DNA of 64,000 nucleotides from positions 1,632,001 through 1,696,000 of the forward strand of contig OZ250153.1 in the NCBI GenBank assembly GCA_965237805.1, in the 5' to 3' direction. This document shows positions 13,123 through 22,944 of the stretch, piece by piece. A model generated the notes under the pieces. It was not told the DNA's origin and did no database searches. It saw only the letters and a program-made list of their open reading frames with translations. This stretch comes from Gammaproteobacteria bacterium (lineage in GTDB: Bacteria > Pseudomonadota > Gammaproteobacteria > JABABF01). The stretch's first letter is position 1. Every line of letters begins with the position of its first letter. Position numbers and translations under genes: made by a program.

Positions 13123-14010
13123 ATGCCCGCAGACAAAACCATGAGTGCTGCCGATGTCGTCGCCGAGCTGCGTGACAGCATGACCATCGGCATCGGTGGT
13201 TGGGGTGGACGGCGCAAGCCGATGGCGCTGGTGCGCGAGATCTTGCGCTCACCACTGCGCGATTTGGAAGTGATCAGCTATGGTGGCCCGGAAGTCGGCA
13301 TGCTGTGCGCGTCCGGCAAGCTGCGCCGGCTGGTCTACGGCTTTGTCTCGCTGGATGTGATCCCACTGGAAGCACATTTCCGCCGTGCTCGCCAAGCTGG
13401 CAAGCTGGCTGTGATGGAGCTCGACGAGGGTCTGGTGCAATGGGGTCTGCGGGCGGCCGCCATGCGCCTGCCCTTCCTGCCAGCCCGCACCGGCTTGGGC
13501 AGTGATCTGATGCGCGTCAACCCGCAGCTGAGCACGGTGCGCTCTCCTTACAGCGATGGCGAGGAGCTGTTGGCCATGCCAGCGCTGACGCTGGATGTGG
13601 CGCTGTTGCATGTCAATCGCGCCGATCGCCGCGGCTCCAGCCAACTGCTCGGCCCCGACCCCTTCTTCGACGAACTCTTCGCCCGCGCCGCAGCGCGTTG
13701 TTATATCAGTTGCGAGTCGCTGGTCGAGACCGGCGATTTCGACAATGCCGAGCAGGCCCGCATCGCGATGCCCATCGAACGCTCCTTGGTCAACGGTGTC
13801 GTCGAGGCACCGTGGGGGGCGCATCCGACTTCCTGCGCACCGCACTATGGCATCGATGTCGCCCATCTCAAGGAGTATTCGGCCACCGCTGGCGATGACG
13901 GGGCTTGGGCGGCGTGGCGACAGCGGTGGATCGACTGCTCGCCAGCGGACTATTTGGCGGCGGCCGGCGGGGCGGAACACATCTCCAGCCTGCCGCTGCC
14001 GGTGTTTTGA
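13123..14010 (+). CDS. ipdA: CoA-transferase-like subunit A (steroid ring C/D hydrolase IpdA)
   Basis: TIGIGGWGGRRKPMALVR, YGFVSLD, RLPFLPARTGLGSD and GPDPFFD, as in Rv3551. Confidence 0.85.
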   Translation: MPADKTMSAADVVAELRDSMTIGIGGWGGRRKPMALVREILRSPLRDLEVISYGGPEVGMLCASGKLRRLVYGFVSLDVIPLEAHFRRARQAGKLAVMELDEGLVQWGLRAAAMRLPFLPARTGLGSDLMRVNPQLSTVRSPYSDGEELLAMPALTLDVALLHVNRADRRGSSQLLGPDPFFDELFARAAARCYISCESLVETGDFDNAEQARIAMPIERSLVNGVVEAPWGAHPTSCAPHYGIDVAHLKEYSATAGDDGAWAAWRQRWIDCSPADYLAAAGGAEHISSLPLPVF

Positions 14011-14822
14011 TGAACGCCTCCGCACCGCAGGAGCCAGCCCAGAGCAGCCTCAGCGAGCTGTGCATCGCCGCCGCCGCCGAGGCCTGGCGCGACGATGGCG
14101 AGGTGCTGGCCACCGGCATCGGCTTGGTGCCGCGCCTCGCCGCCAGCTTGGCGATGGCCAGCTTCAATCCCGATCTGATGATGACCGACGGCGAGGCCTA
14201 TTTGGTGTCCGAGCCGGTGCCTGTTGGCCCGCGCGGCGACTACCGCCCGCGCATCGAGGGCTGGATGCCCTACGCCCGTGTCTTCGATAACCTCTGGGGC
14301 GGTCGCCGCCACGCCATGGTGATGCCGGTGCAGCTCGACCGCTACGGGCAGAGCAATATCAGCTGCATCGGCGACGACTTCCAGCGTCCCAAGGCACAGT
14401 TGCTGGGCTGTCGCGGCTTTCCCGGCAACACCGTCCACCACGCCAACTCGATGTTCATCCAGCAGCACAACCGGCGCGCCTTCGTCGCGGGCGAGGTCGA
14501 TATGGTGGCCGGCATCGGCTACCGGCCCGAGCGCCTGGGCGCAGGCCAGCGCACCTTTGTCGATCTGCGCTTGGTGGTCAGCAATCTCTGTGTGCTGGAT
14601 TTTGGCGGTGTCGACCACGCCATGCGTTTGTGCTCGCTCCATCCCGGGGTGGACTTGGCCGAAGTGCTGGACAACACCGGCTTTGCGCTAGAATGCCCAG
14701 AACAGTTGCCGACCACGCCGCTGCCGTCGCCGGAGCAGCTCGAGCTGATTGCCCAGCTCGACCCACACGGCTTGCGCGCACGGGTGTGGCCGGATGACCC
14801 GCCCGCCGTGCGCGACGACTGA
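14010..14822 (+). CDS. ipdB: CoA-transferase-like subunit B (IpdB)
   Basis: AEAWRDDGE, MMTDGEA, QLDRYGQSNIS and RGFPGNT; TGATG overlap with ipdA. Confidence 0.85.
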   Translation: MNASAPQEPAQSSLSELCIAAAAEAWRDDGEVLATGIGLVPRLAASLAMASFNPDLMMTDGEAYLVSEPVPVGPRGDYRPRIEGWMPYARVFDNLWGGRRHAMVMPVQLDRYGQSNISCIGDDFQRPKAQLLGCRGFPGNTVHHANSMFIQQHNRRAFVAGEVDMVAGIGYRPERLGAGQRTFVDLRLVVSNLCVLDFGGVDHAMRLCSLHPGVDLAEVLDNTGFALECPEQLPTTPLPSPEQLELIAQLDPHGLRARVWPDDPPAVRDD

Positions 14823-14894
14823 AGCGGTGTGCGGCGAGTGCGGTGACGATCAAACAACAACAGCGCCGTGGTGGCGACGCAGGATAGCAACATC

Positions 14895-15746
14895 ATGACT
14901 GACAGTACAACAGAGCAAGGACATCCCTCTTTGGCTGCTCGCACGGCGCTGGTCACCGGCGGCGGCGATGGCATCGGCGGTGCCATCTCACGGCGCTTGG
15001 CAGCTGCCGGTGCCCGCGTGGTCATCGCCGAGATCGACCGCGAGCGCGGCCAGCGAGCGCTGGCTGAGATCGAGGCCAGCGGCGGCCAAGCGCTGCTCTG
15101 TGAGGGCGACATCCGCGATCGCGACACGGTCGCATCCGTCACCCGCCAAGCGCTGGAATACGGCGATGGGGTGGTCGATATCTTGATCAACAATGTCGGC
15201 CACTACAAGCCCTACAAAGTGTTCGCGCTGTCCGACGAGGACGATTGGGAGACGCAGTACCAGATCAGCTTCCTGCATGTATTGCGTTGCACCCGCGCCC
15301 TGTTGCCGGCCATGCTGGAGCGCGGTCGGGGTGCTATCGTCAATGTCTCCACCGTCGAGGCCTTCCGCGGCATCCCCGGCAATGCCGTCTACTCGGCGCT
15401 CAAGGCGGGCTTGGTCAATTTCACCCGCAGCTTGGCGGTCGAGGTCGGCGGCCAAGGGGTGCGGGTCAACGCCGTTGCCCCCGATCTGACGCACACGCCG
15501 CAGACGCCGATGCGCGACTGGCATCCCGACCCGGATATGGTCCGCTGTTGGGTGCCGCTGGGGCGCTTCTCCGAGCCCGAGGAGCAGGCCGACGCGGTGC
15601 TCTTCTTGGCCTCCGATCAGGCGCGTTTTATCACCGGCCAGACCCTGTGCGTCGACGGCGGCACCAGTGCTGCCTCCGGCTGGTACCGCACCGACCCGAG
15701 CCAAGACAAATGGAGCAACACGCCCTATTTTGCGCCGGCGGATTAG
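14895..15746 (+). CDS. SDR family oxidoreductase
   Basis: TGGGDGIG, NNVG, YSALK and RVNAVAP motifs. Confidence 0.85.
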   Translation: MTDSTTEQGHPSLAARTALVTGGGDGIGGAISRRLAAAGARVVIAEIDRERGQRALAEIEASGGQALLCEGDIRDRDTVASVTRQALEYGDGVVDILINNVGHYKPYKVFALSDEDDWETQYQISFLHVLRCTRALLPAMLERGRGAIVNVSTVEAFRGIPGNAVYSALKAGLVNFTRSLAVEVGGQGVRVNAVAPDLTHTPQTPMRDWHPDPDMVRCWVPLGRFSEPEEQADAVLFLASDQARFITGQTLCVDGGTSAASGWYRTDPSQDKWSNTPYFAPAD

Positions 15747-15824
15747 GCCATGTCGCCCGCGTGAGGTGGCATGTAGCGTGCGATAGCCAGCGAGGGCCAA
15801 GTGGCGCGTTGCGGGTGGTGATGG

Positions 15825-16916
15825 ATGCCTACTGAGCCCATCGGGCCGCTGGCCACCCGCGGCTCGGCTTTGCTCGGCTGCCGTTATCCGGTGGTGCAAA
15901 CAGCCATGGGCTGGGTCGCCGACGCCGGACTGGTCGCGGCCAGCAGCAATGCTGGTGCTTTTGGCTTCCTCGCCGGTGCGACGCTGCCGCCAGCCGAGGT
16001 GGAGCGCGAGATCCTGCGGGTGCGCGAGCTCAGCGATCACCCCTTCGGCATCAATTTTCATATGTTCCAGCCCAATGCTGCGGACATCATCGAGCTGGTC
16101 TTGCGCCACCAGCTGCGCGCCGTCAGCTACGGCCGCGCACCGGAGCCCAAGGTCATCGAGCGGTTGCGCGCAGCCGATGTGGTGTGCATGCCCACCGTCG
16201 GCGCATTGCGCCACGCCCAGCGGGCGGTAGAGCTCGGTGCCAATGTGCTGACCGTGCAGGGCGGGGAGGGCGGTGGCCACACCGGCGCGGTGGCCACCTC
16301 CATCCTGTTGCCGCAGGTCTTGGACGCCTTCGGTGGCGAGCTGCCGATCTTCGCCGCTGGCGGTTTTAGCGATGGCCGCGGTTTGGCCGCCGCGCTGGCC
16401 TGGGGGGCCGACGGCATCGCCATGGGCACCCGCTTTCTGCTGACGCGCGAGAGCCCGGTGCCAGAGCAGACCAAGCAACGCTATCTGGACTGTGCCGACC
16501 CGCGCCAGATGGTGGTGTCCAAGGCACTGGATGGCCTGCCGCAGCGCATGTTGAGCAATCGTATGCTGCGACGTCTCGAGCGCGGCGGGCCGCTCTATCG
16601 CCTGCTGACGGCGGCATCCAGCGCGCTGGCCTACCGCCGCTTCACCGGTGCCTCGCTGGGGCAGCTCTTGTCCATTGCCTTCTCGGCAGCGCGCAGTGGT
16701 GGCGCGGAGGGCATGTCGCAGGCACTGATGGCCGCCAATGCGCCGATGATCATCCAAAAGGCGATGGTCGACGGTGAGCCCGACGCCGGGGTCTTGCCCG
16801 GGGGCCAAGTGGCCGGGCTGATCGACGAGTTGCTGAGCTGCGAGGACTTGTTGCGCGGCATCGTCGATGATGCCGAACGACGTCTCGCCGCGCTGGGCGG
16901 CGGAGGGCGGCCGTGA
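15825..16916 (+). CDS. ipdC: Nitronate monooxygenase-family flavoprotein (IpdC-like)
   Basis: VVQTAMGWVA, QGGEGGGHTG, AAGGFSDGRG and AMGTRF; located in the ipd cluster. Confidence 0.75.
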   Translation: MPTEPIGPLATRGSALLGCRYPVVQTAMGWVADAGLVAASSNAGAFGFLAGATLPPAEVEREILRVRELSDHPFGINFHMFQPNAADIIELVLRHQLRAVSYGRAPEPKVIERLRAADVVCMPTVGALRHAQRAVELGANVLTVQGGEGGGHTGAVATSILLPQVLDAFGGELPIFAAGGFSDGRGLAAALAWGADGIAMGTRFLLTRESPVPEQTKQRYLDCADPRQMVVSKALDGLPQRMLSNRMLRRLERGGPLYRLLTAASSALAYRRFTGASLGQLLSIAFSAARSGGAEGMSQALMAANAPMIIQKAMVDGEPDAGVLPGGQVAGLIDELLSCEDLLRGIVDDAERRLAALGGGGRP

Positions 16917-18079
16917 AGCTGGACTACAGCACCGCGCAGCGCGCCTTCCGTGTTGAGGTGCGCGCTTGGCTGGAGCGCGAGCTGCCAGCCGAGCCGCTGC
17001 CCAGCTTCGACACCGCAGAGGGTTTCGCGGCGCATCGGCAGTGGGAGAAGCAGCTGCACGAGGGGCGTTGGGGGATGGTGACCTGGCCCGAGGCCTACGG
17101 TGGCCGCGGCGCGGACCTGATCGAATGGCTGATCTTCGAGGAAGAGTACTACCGCGCCGGGGCACCGCTGCGCGTCAATCAAAACGGCATTTTCCTGCTC
17201 GGCCCGACGCTGATGGAACACGGCACTGAGGCACAGCGCAAGCGCTTCCTGCCGCCGATGGCGAGCGGCGAGGCGGTCTGGGCGCAGGGCTGGTCCGAGC
17301 CCAATGCCGGCAGCGATATGGCCGCCATCCGCTGCACCGCAGAGCGCCGTGGCGAGTGCTATGTGCTCAACGGACAGAAAACTTGGTCCACCCGCGCCGC
17401 TTTTGCCGATTGGCTGTTCGGCATGTTCCGCACCGAGCCCGGCTCCGAGCGCCACCGCGGGCTCAGCTTTCTGTTGGTGCCACTCGACGCGCCCGGCATC
17501 ACCGTGCGTCCGGTGCGCCAGCTCAACGGCCTGCCGGGCTTCGCCGAGATCTTTTTCGACAATGTCGAGTGCCCGGTCGAGAATTTGATCGGCGCAGAGG
17601 GCGGCGGCTGGGCGGTGGCGATGGCCACCGCCGGTTTCGAGCGCGGCCTGATGCTGCGCAGCCCGGCGCGCTTTCAAGAGGCGGCGCGCCGTTTGGTCGC
17701 GCTCTATCTGCGCCACCGTGAGCGGGCCGACCGCGACCCCGCCCTGCGCGGGGCGGTGTTGTCGGCGTGGATGCGCGCCGAGGCCTACACGCTGGCAACC
17801 TATGCCACCGCCTCGCGCCTGCTGTCCGGCGGACGCATCGGCAGCGAGTCCAGCACCAACAAAATTTTCTGGTCGGAGTTGGATCTCGAGCTGCACGATG
17901 CCGCGATGTCCATTCTCGGGGTTCAGGCCGAGCTGCAGGGCTCGGCGGAGGATGCCGTTGCCGACGGCGCTTGGCTGGAGGGCTTCCTCTTTGCCCAAGC
18001 CGGGCCGATCTACGCTGGCACCAACGAGATTCAGCGCAACATCATCGCCGACCGCATGCTCGGTCTGCCGCGCTCATGA
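16913..18079 (+). CDS. fadE31: Acyl-CoA dehydrogenase, FadE31-like
   Basis: SFDTAEGFAAHRQW, FEEEYYRAGAP, LRSPARF and GPIYAGTNEIQRN, as in Rv3562. Confidence 0.8.
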   Translation: MKLDYSTAQRAFRVEVRAWLERELPAEPLPSFDTAEGFAAHRQWEKQLHEGRWGMVTWPEAYGGRGADLIEWLIFEEEYYRAGAPLRVNQNGIFLLGPTLMEHGTEAQRKRFLPPMASGEAVWAQGWSEPNAGSDMAAIRCTAERRGECYVLNGQKTWSTRAAFADWLFGMFRTEPGSERHRGLSFLLVPLDAPGITVRPVRQLNGLPGFAEIFFDNVECPVENLIGAEGGGWAVAMATAGFERGLMLRSPARFQEAARRLVALYLRHRERADRDPALRGAVLSAWMRAEAYTLATYATASRLLSGGRIGSESSTNKIFWSELDLELHDAAMSILGVQAELQGSAEDAVADGAWLEGFLFAQAGPIYAGTNEIQRNIIADRMLGLPRS

Positions 18080-18160
18080 TGGCCATCCGCCGCGCTGTGG
18101 GGCGCGTTGCCAGCCGCTGCCGCCTCGTTGTTGCGGTGGCCTAGCGGGGGGAGCGGGGCG

Positions 18161-19237
18161 ATGGATTTCCAATTCAGCGAAGAGCAGCGCATGTTCGAGC
18201 GCAGCCTGCGCGACTTCCTCGCCGCCGAGCTGTCGACCGAGCGCATCCGGGAGCTGTGGGACAGCGCTAGCGGTCGCTGTGACAAACTGTGGCGCGGCCT
18301 CAGCGAACTCGGTGTGATCGGTGCCTTGGTGCCAGAGGCCGACGGCGGCCTCGGCTTGGACGAGCGCGATTTCGTGTTGATGGCGGAGGCCTGCGGCCAC
18401 GCCGCCCTGCCGGAGCCGCTGGTGGACAGCGCCTTGCTCGCGGCTCCGCTGTTGGCGGCGGCGGGTGGTGAGGCGGCGCAGCGCTGGTTGCCGCCGCTGC
18501 TCAGCGGCGAGGCGCGCGTGGCTGTCGCCACCCCGCTGGATTTGTTGGTGCCAGACGCCGATGTCGCCGCTGCCGTGCTGTTGGCTGGCGGCTGCGCTGG
18601 CGACGACGATGGCGAGCTGCGGCTACTGGCGCTGCCGCCCGCCGCTGGCCTGCGTCGCCAGCACAGTGTGGATCCATCGCGCCGCCTCTTCAGCCGCGCT
18701 CCGCTGGGCGGCGGCGAGTTGCTGGCAATGGGAGACTCGGCGCGGCAGCTGTGGGCGCAAGCCTTGAATCGCGGTGCGCTGGGCGCGGCGGCACAGCAGT
18801 TGGGTGCGGCGGCGCGGATCTTGGAATATGCGGTGGCCTACACCTCCGAGCGCAAGCAGTTCGGGCGCGCAATCGGCTCGTTTCAAGCGGTGCGCAACCA
18901 GTTGGCCGATGTCGCGGTGGCCTTGGAGTTCGCCCGCCCGGTGGTCTATCGCGCCGCCGACAGCTTGGCGCGCGGCGTGGCGACGGCCGCGCGCGATGTC
19001 TCACACGCTTGGCTGGCTGCTGGCGAGGCGGCGCGCATGGCGGCGCGGCACGGCATCCAGTCGCACGGGGCGATCGGCTACACCTGGGAGCTGGACTTGC
19101 AGATCTGGCTCAAGCGCATCTGGGTCACGGATGCGCTGTGGGGCGGTCGCGCATGGCACAGTGCGCGACTCGAGGCGGCGGTATTCGCGCCCGATGCCAT
19201 GCTCGGCGCGGGCCACACTTTTGATGACGGGGGGTGA
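18161..19237 (+). CDS. fadE32: Acyl-CoA dehydrogenase beta subunit, FadE32-like
   Basis: SVDPSRRLF, RKQFGRAIGSFQA and HGAIGYTWELDL; partner of the upstream ACAD. Confidence 0.75.
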   Translation: MDFQFSEEQRMFERSLRDFLAAELSTERIRELWDSASGRCDKLWRGLSELGVIGALVPEADGGLGLDERDFVLMAEACGHAALPEPLVDSALLAAPLLAAAGGEAAQRWLPPLLSGEARVAVATPLDLLVPDADVAAAVLLAGGCAGDDDGELRLLALPPAAGLRRQHSVDPSRRLFSRAPLGGGELLAMGDSARQLWAQALNRGALGAAAQQLGAAARILEYAVAYTSERKQFGRAIGSFQAVRNQLADVAVALEFARPVVYRAADSLARGVATAARDVSHAWLAAGEAARMAARHGIQSHGAIGYTWELDLQIWLKRIWVTDALWGGRAWHSARLEAAVFAPDAMLGAGHTFDDGG

Positions 19238-19562
19238 TGCCAGCAGCTGGTGTGAATTCTGTCTCCTTTTGATGCTACGGAAACATGATTCAGCATTCTG
19301 CCAATCCACTTCGCCATCAGGCATCAGCGAGAGCAAAATGCAGTATTCTTTGAACCTGCCCTTGCTATGGACAGCCTCAGGACAAGGGGCGTGGTGGCGA
19401 CCTACTTTCGTTGCAGCGTGGGCGCACCGCCTCTATCGGCCACCCAGCCCATGCAATGGTATCGCGTCACATCGTACGGGCACTAGAACGGATAGCCTGT
19501 CGGCATCACCCCTACGGGCTGAACAGGACTATCACCCTACGCACGGGATGGTCGGTAGTGGC

Positions 19563-20243
19563 TCAGTTTAATTTGTCGGCCAAAGCCGCGATGTCCTCTA
19601 GGCTCCAAAGGCGCTTTGACACCCCGGCTTCCATCGCCGGGCTGTACCGCAGGGTGCCGTGGATGCGGGCGAAGTTGTAGTGCATGTAGTGCAGGCTGAT
19701 GGCGTGGGCGTGGTTCTCAAGCTTCTTTGAGAAGGCGTTAGTCAGCCGAGCGAAGCGCCGCATGGACATGCGCATCGTGAGGTTCTGGCGCTCTACATAA
19801 GAGGTTGAGACATCCGCCCGCCGTGGACGGCCTGTAACAGCCCGCTTCCTAGCGCCCACGCACTGCGCGGGGCTGTAGCGCCGCTCTGCAGCCTTGTCCG
19901 GTGCTGCTCCATACAACTTGACTAGCTGGGCGTAGTCGATGTCACTCCCAAAGGCTCCGGCCACGGCATCTAGGTAGGCTCCGTGGCCGTCAGTTGTCAG
20001 CTGCACACGCCCCGACAGCCGCTCGGCGAGGTCGTCCATGAAGCGGTTAGCGGCATTTGCGTTGCGCGGCCCAACATGCCAGCAGGGCACCAGCTTGGTG
20101 TCAGCGCAGATGGCTACCCATGTCCAGACATCGCCCAGCCCAAACTCGCCGCGCCTGTCTGGCGGCAGGTTTCGCTGCTTGGCATAGACGAAGCTCCAAA
20201 TCTCGTCGCACTCCACGCGCTTGCAAGGCAATTCCCGCAGGCG
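19563..20243 (-). pseudogene. IS1-family transposase lacking its N-terminal DNA-binding region
   Basis: [16 protein letters not shown] and [27 protein letters not shown] present; the frame starts abruptly at RLRELPCK with a stop just upstream. Confidence 0.8.
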
Positions 20244-20310
20244 CTATACTCAAGTGTGGTATAGTGATTGACCCGTCTTCTTCGATGCGCCCACACAGCC
20301 TCAACCAGTG

Positions 20311-21390
20311 ATGAAATACGCCATATGGAACAACAAGGGAGGGGTGGGCAAGACTTTCCTTACTTTTGCGCTGGCCACCTTAACTGCAGAACGATTCAAT
20401 GCAAAAAAGAGGGGGAGCCATCACGCCCGCCAAGTGGTGGTCATAGATATGTGCCCCCAAGCAAATGTGAGTGAAATACTTCTAGGCGGCAATGGCTCTG
20501 GATCAGATAAGCTATCAGAACTCATAGAAAAAGATAAGACGGTCGCCGCTTATTTTCGTCAACGGATACAGGTAAAGCCTTACCAGCCCATGAATAATGA
20601 AAAGAGTTATGCTATCCGTGTCAGCGAACATAACCAACACATTCCCGAGAACTTACATCTAATCTCTGGAGACCCTGAGTTGGAATTACAAATACCAACC
20701 ATCAATTCTCTAGCTGGGCAGGCTATGCCAGAGAATGCTTGGATTGCCGTGCACCAGTGGGTTACTAATTTGATAGAGGGATGCCAAGGACATCTCGGCC
20801 AAGACACGGTCTTCTTCATCGATTGCAACCCCAGTTTCTCTGCCTATACTGAATTGGCACTGGTTGCAGCAGAACGCTTAATAGTCCCCTGCAGTCCAGA
20901 TGGCTCGTCAGCTAGGGCAATATTTAATGTGGCGCGGCTAGTCTATGGTCATAACCTGCAAACAAAGTATAAACAACTGCGATTTAGCGCAAAAATGGAC
21001 GAATCTAATGCCATCCCTCCCCGAATGCACCTGTTCGTAATGAACAGAGCTACGATGTATGCTGGCGATATGGCTAGAGCATTTGATGCGATGGCACAAG
21101 AGTTAAATGAAAAAGTGCAACAATTACATAGTGGCTCTGGCGGTATAGAGATGTTTTCAACACAGGACGGAAACACCTTGTTTGAGAATCTGGATCATAT
21201 GCCTGATTCTCATAGTGTAGGCATAGTAATGGCACATACAGGTAGACCGCTTAGCGCGATCCACCCCGGGGCTATTAAGTATAACATCAGTAGCGCGCAT
21301 AATATCAATATAACTGTTGGGGCTGAGCAAAAAGCACGCTATCTTGAGGCTTTAGAGAGAATAGTAGACCGCCTTGATCTTGGATTTTAA
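20311..21390 (+). CDS. Orphan ParA-family ATPase (IS passenger)
   Basis: NNKGGVGKT, IDMCPQAN and FIDCNPSF motifs; low GC. Confidence 0.85.
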   Translation: MKYAIWNNKGGVGKTFLTFALATLTAERFNAKKRGSHHARQVVVIDMCPQANVSEILLGGNGSGSDKLSELIEKDKTVAAYFRQRIQVKPYQPMNNEKSYAIRVSEHNQHIPENLHLISGDPELELQIPTINSLAGQAMPENAWIAVHQWVTNLIEGCQGHLGQDTVFFIDCNPSFSAYTELALVAAERLIVPCSPDGSSARAIFNVARLVYGHNLQTKYKQLRFSAKMDESNAIPPRMHLFVMNRATMYAGDMARAFDAMAQELNEKVQQLHSGSGGIEMFSTQDGNTLFENLDHMPDSHSVGIVMAHTGRPLSAIHPGAIKYNISSAHNINITVGAEQKARYLEALERIVDRLDLGF

Positions 21391-21650
21391 CTCTTCGACC
21401 ACCTCGCTTTCACGGCCTGCCGCGCTATCTCGTTGCGCCGCTCTGGCGACATCTTCTCCGCTCTAGCCCTGCCGCCCTTGAGGCCGCCCAGCCTGCCACG
21501 CTCCACAGCCTGAGGGTTCTTGGGCGGCTCAGGCGGCGGCGCATACTCGCCCACGGACTGCTCCATGACCTGCTTGGCGCGCAGGTTGAGGTCGCGGGGG
21601 CGCTTGGGCTTGCCTTTAGGGGGCGTGTGTTCGGGACGGTCTTCGCTCAT
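21387..21650 (-). CDS. Small basic IS-associated protein
   Basis: KRPRDLN...KNPQAVERGRLGGLKGGRARAEKMSPERRNEIARQAVKARW, a motif I recall next to ISMhu11-like transposases. Confidence 0.7.
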   Translation of the reverse strand: MSEDRPEHTPPKGKPKRPRDLNLRAKQVMEQSVGEYAPPPEPPKNPQAVERGRLGGLKGGRARAEKMSPERRNEIARQAVKARWSKS

Positions 21651-21716
21651 GTCGGCGATTGTCGCCTAGCGAGCCAGCGCGTCAACCCCAAACTGAGCCA
21701 CTACCGGATGGTCGTG

Positions 21717-21962
21717 CTACTTGTTCCCAACAAAGAGATTGTTTAGGTAGCATGCATGGTGTAGGATTTCTTTTGCCATAGCGTCTGTCACATCATCTAC
21801 ACAACGATTTTGGTCGCCTTTAGGAATCAGTTCTCTAGCTCTAACTAGACTGTCGTATACAACTACACCAGTAACTAGAGCTTGGGCGCTTGCTAGAGCT
21901 GGACCTTTTTGTGGATGACGGTCCCACAAACCTAGATGTTTATACCCTTCATCACTCATCAT
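21717..21962 (-). CDS. Hypothetical protein
   Basis: 81-aa ORF preceded by an AGGAGG RBS; low GC. Confidence 0.45.
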   Translation of the reverse strand: MMSDEGYKHLGLWDRHPQKGPALASAQALVTGVVVYDSLVRARELIPKGDQNRCVDDVTDAMAKEILHHACYLNNLFVGNK

Positions 21963-22150
21963 TAATTCCCTCCTAGGAACCATTATTTATCAGTATATAA
22001 CAGACACCAGAGCAGACGGAGGGTCTAGCTCCTGGCGCTCACGTCGATAAGGGAATGCGAAGCGCTTATCTCCACCGCTCGGCTAATGGTTACTGGCTGC
22101 GCAGGGAACTGATACATACACCCCCATAGCACTCAATATCTCCCGCCTAC

Positions 22151-22204
22151 TTCTCCCCCGACGCTGCGCTCGGCGCAGGGTATACTTTTGATGATGAGGA
22201 GTGA
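22151..22204 (+). repeat. Degenerate copy of the fadE32 3' end
   Basis: FSPDAALGAGYTFDDEE* versus FAPDAMLGAGHTFDDGG* (19184-19237); same length to the stop. Confidence 0.8.
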
Positions 22205-22299
22205 TCTCGGTCGCTGACGCGAATACAGCTTGCATTTTTCTTTATTGGTTGGCAGCCCGCTGCTCAATCGATGCAGAATCTGAATTGTAGAAGAACTTA

Positions 22300-22904
22300 G
22301 TGATGGAACCATCACTAATAAACTGCACTTAAAGATGTCGGTATCTTCAGAAAAAACAAAATATCAAGCGTGCCATGAAATGATTCATATCTGGACGGCG
22401 CTCTGTTGTTGCCCAATTCGGATTATCCTTTAGCAGTTGGACATAGAGCTGATTGAGTTGACTAGTCGCTCGCATGTCCAAGCTGCTCTCACGGATTTGT
22501 TTGACGGTGCTGATTCCGGCGAGAGGCAAGAAAAAACCCAAATAATCAGGTAATTCGGCATATTTGCAAGCGATGGATTCACCCCTAACAAGATCTTCGG
22601 AGAGCAAGATCTCTCCATCAGTTGCTAAAATAAATTTTGCGTTTGCAGTGGTGGTTTTGACGTTATCCCGCAAAGCGATAAGTGTCGCATCGACAGCGCC
22701 TGGATCACACATCGCCATATGGATATTATTGCGCTGTAAAACGCCACCGGGAACATCTGACGTATTAGAGATGCCACGTTGTAGTTTGTTGATGGTGGTT
22801 GATGTGTTCCCAAATGCCGCAAGAAATTGATAAGGGAATACCTGCATATCAAATGGCTGACCAGCTAATTCTGACACTGCCTGTTCAATTTCAACGGCAT
22901 TCAA
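22300..22904 (-). pseudogene. MmeI/YeeA-like type IIG restriction-modification protein, N-terminal fragment
   Basis: NAVEIEQAVSELA..FPYQFLAAFG..GVLQRNNIH..FFLPLAGI..NHFMARLIFCFF, then a frameshift into EDTDIF and truncation. Confidence 0.7.
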
Positions 22905-22944
22905 AACTTGGTCCTCTCGCTATTCACAGTAAACAGTCATCTGG

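Larger units (their letters stand above)
19554..21705. mobile_element. IS1-family (ISMhu11-like) element carrying passenger genes
   Basis: Perfect 16-bp TIRs GGTAGTGGCTCAGTTT (19554-19569) and AAACTGAGCCACTACC (21690-21705); 8-bp target duplication GGATGGTC at 19546-19553 and 21706-21713. Confidence 0.9.

Noticed and set aside
14988-17998. Long antisense ORFs over the steroid genes (also over hscA and the LLM gene)
   Set aside because: Typical high-GC shadow ORFs opposite well-supported genes.
22081-22140. Possible degenerate copy of the GH2 3' end
   Set aside because: Only short matches (GGCTAATG, CATA..ACTC); not distinguishable from chance by eye.
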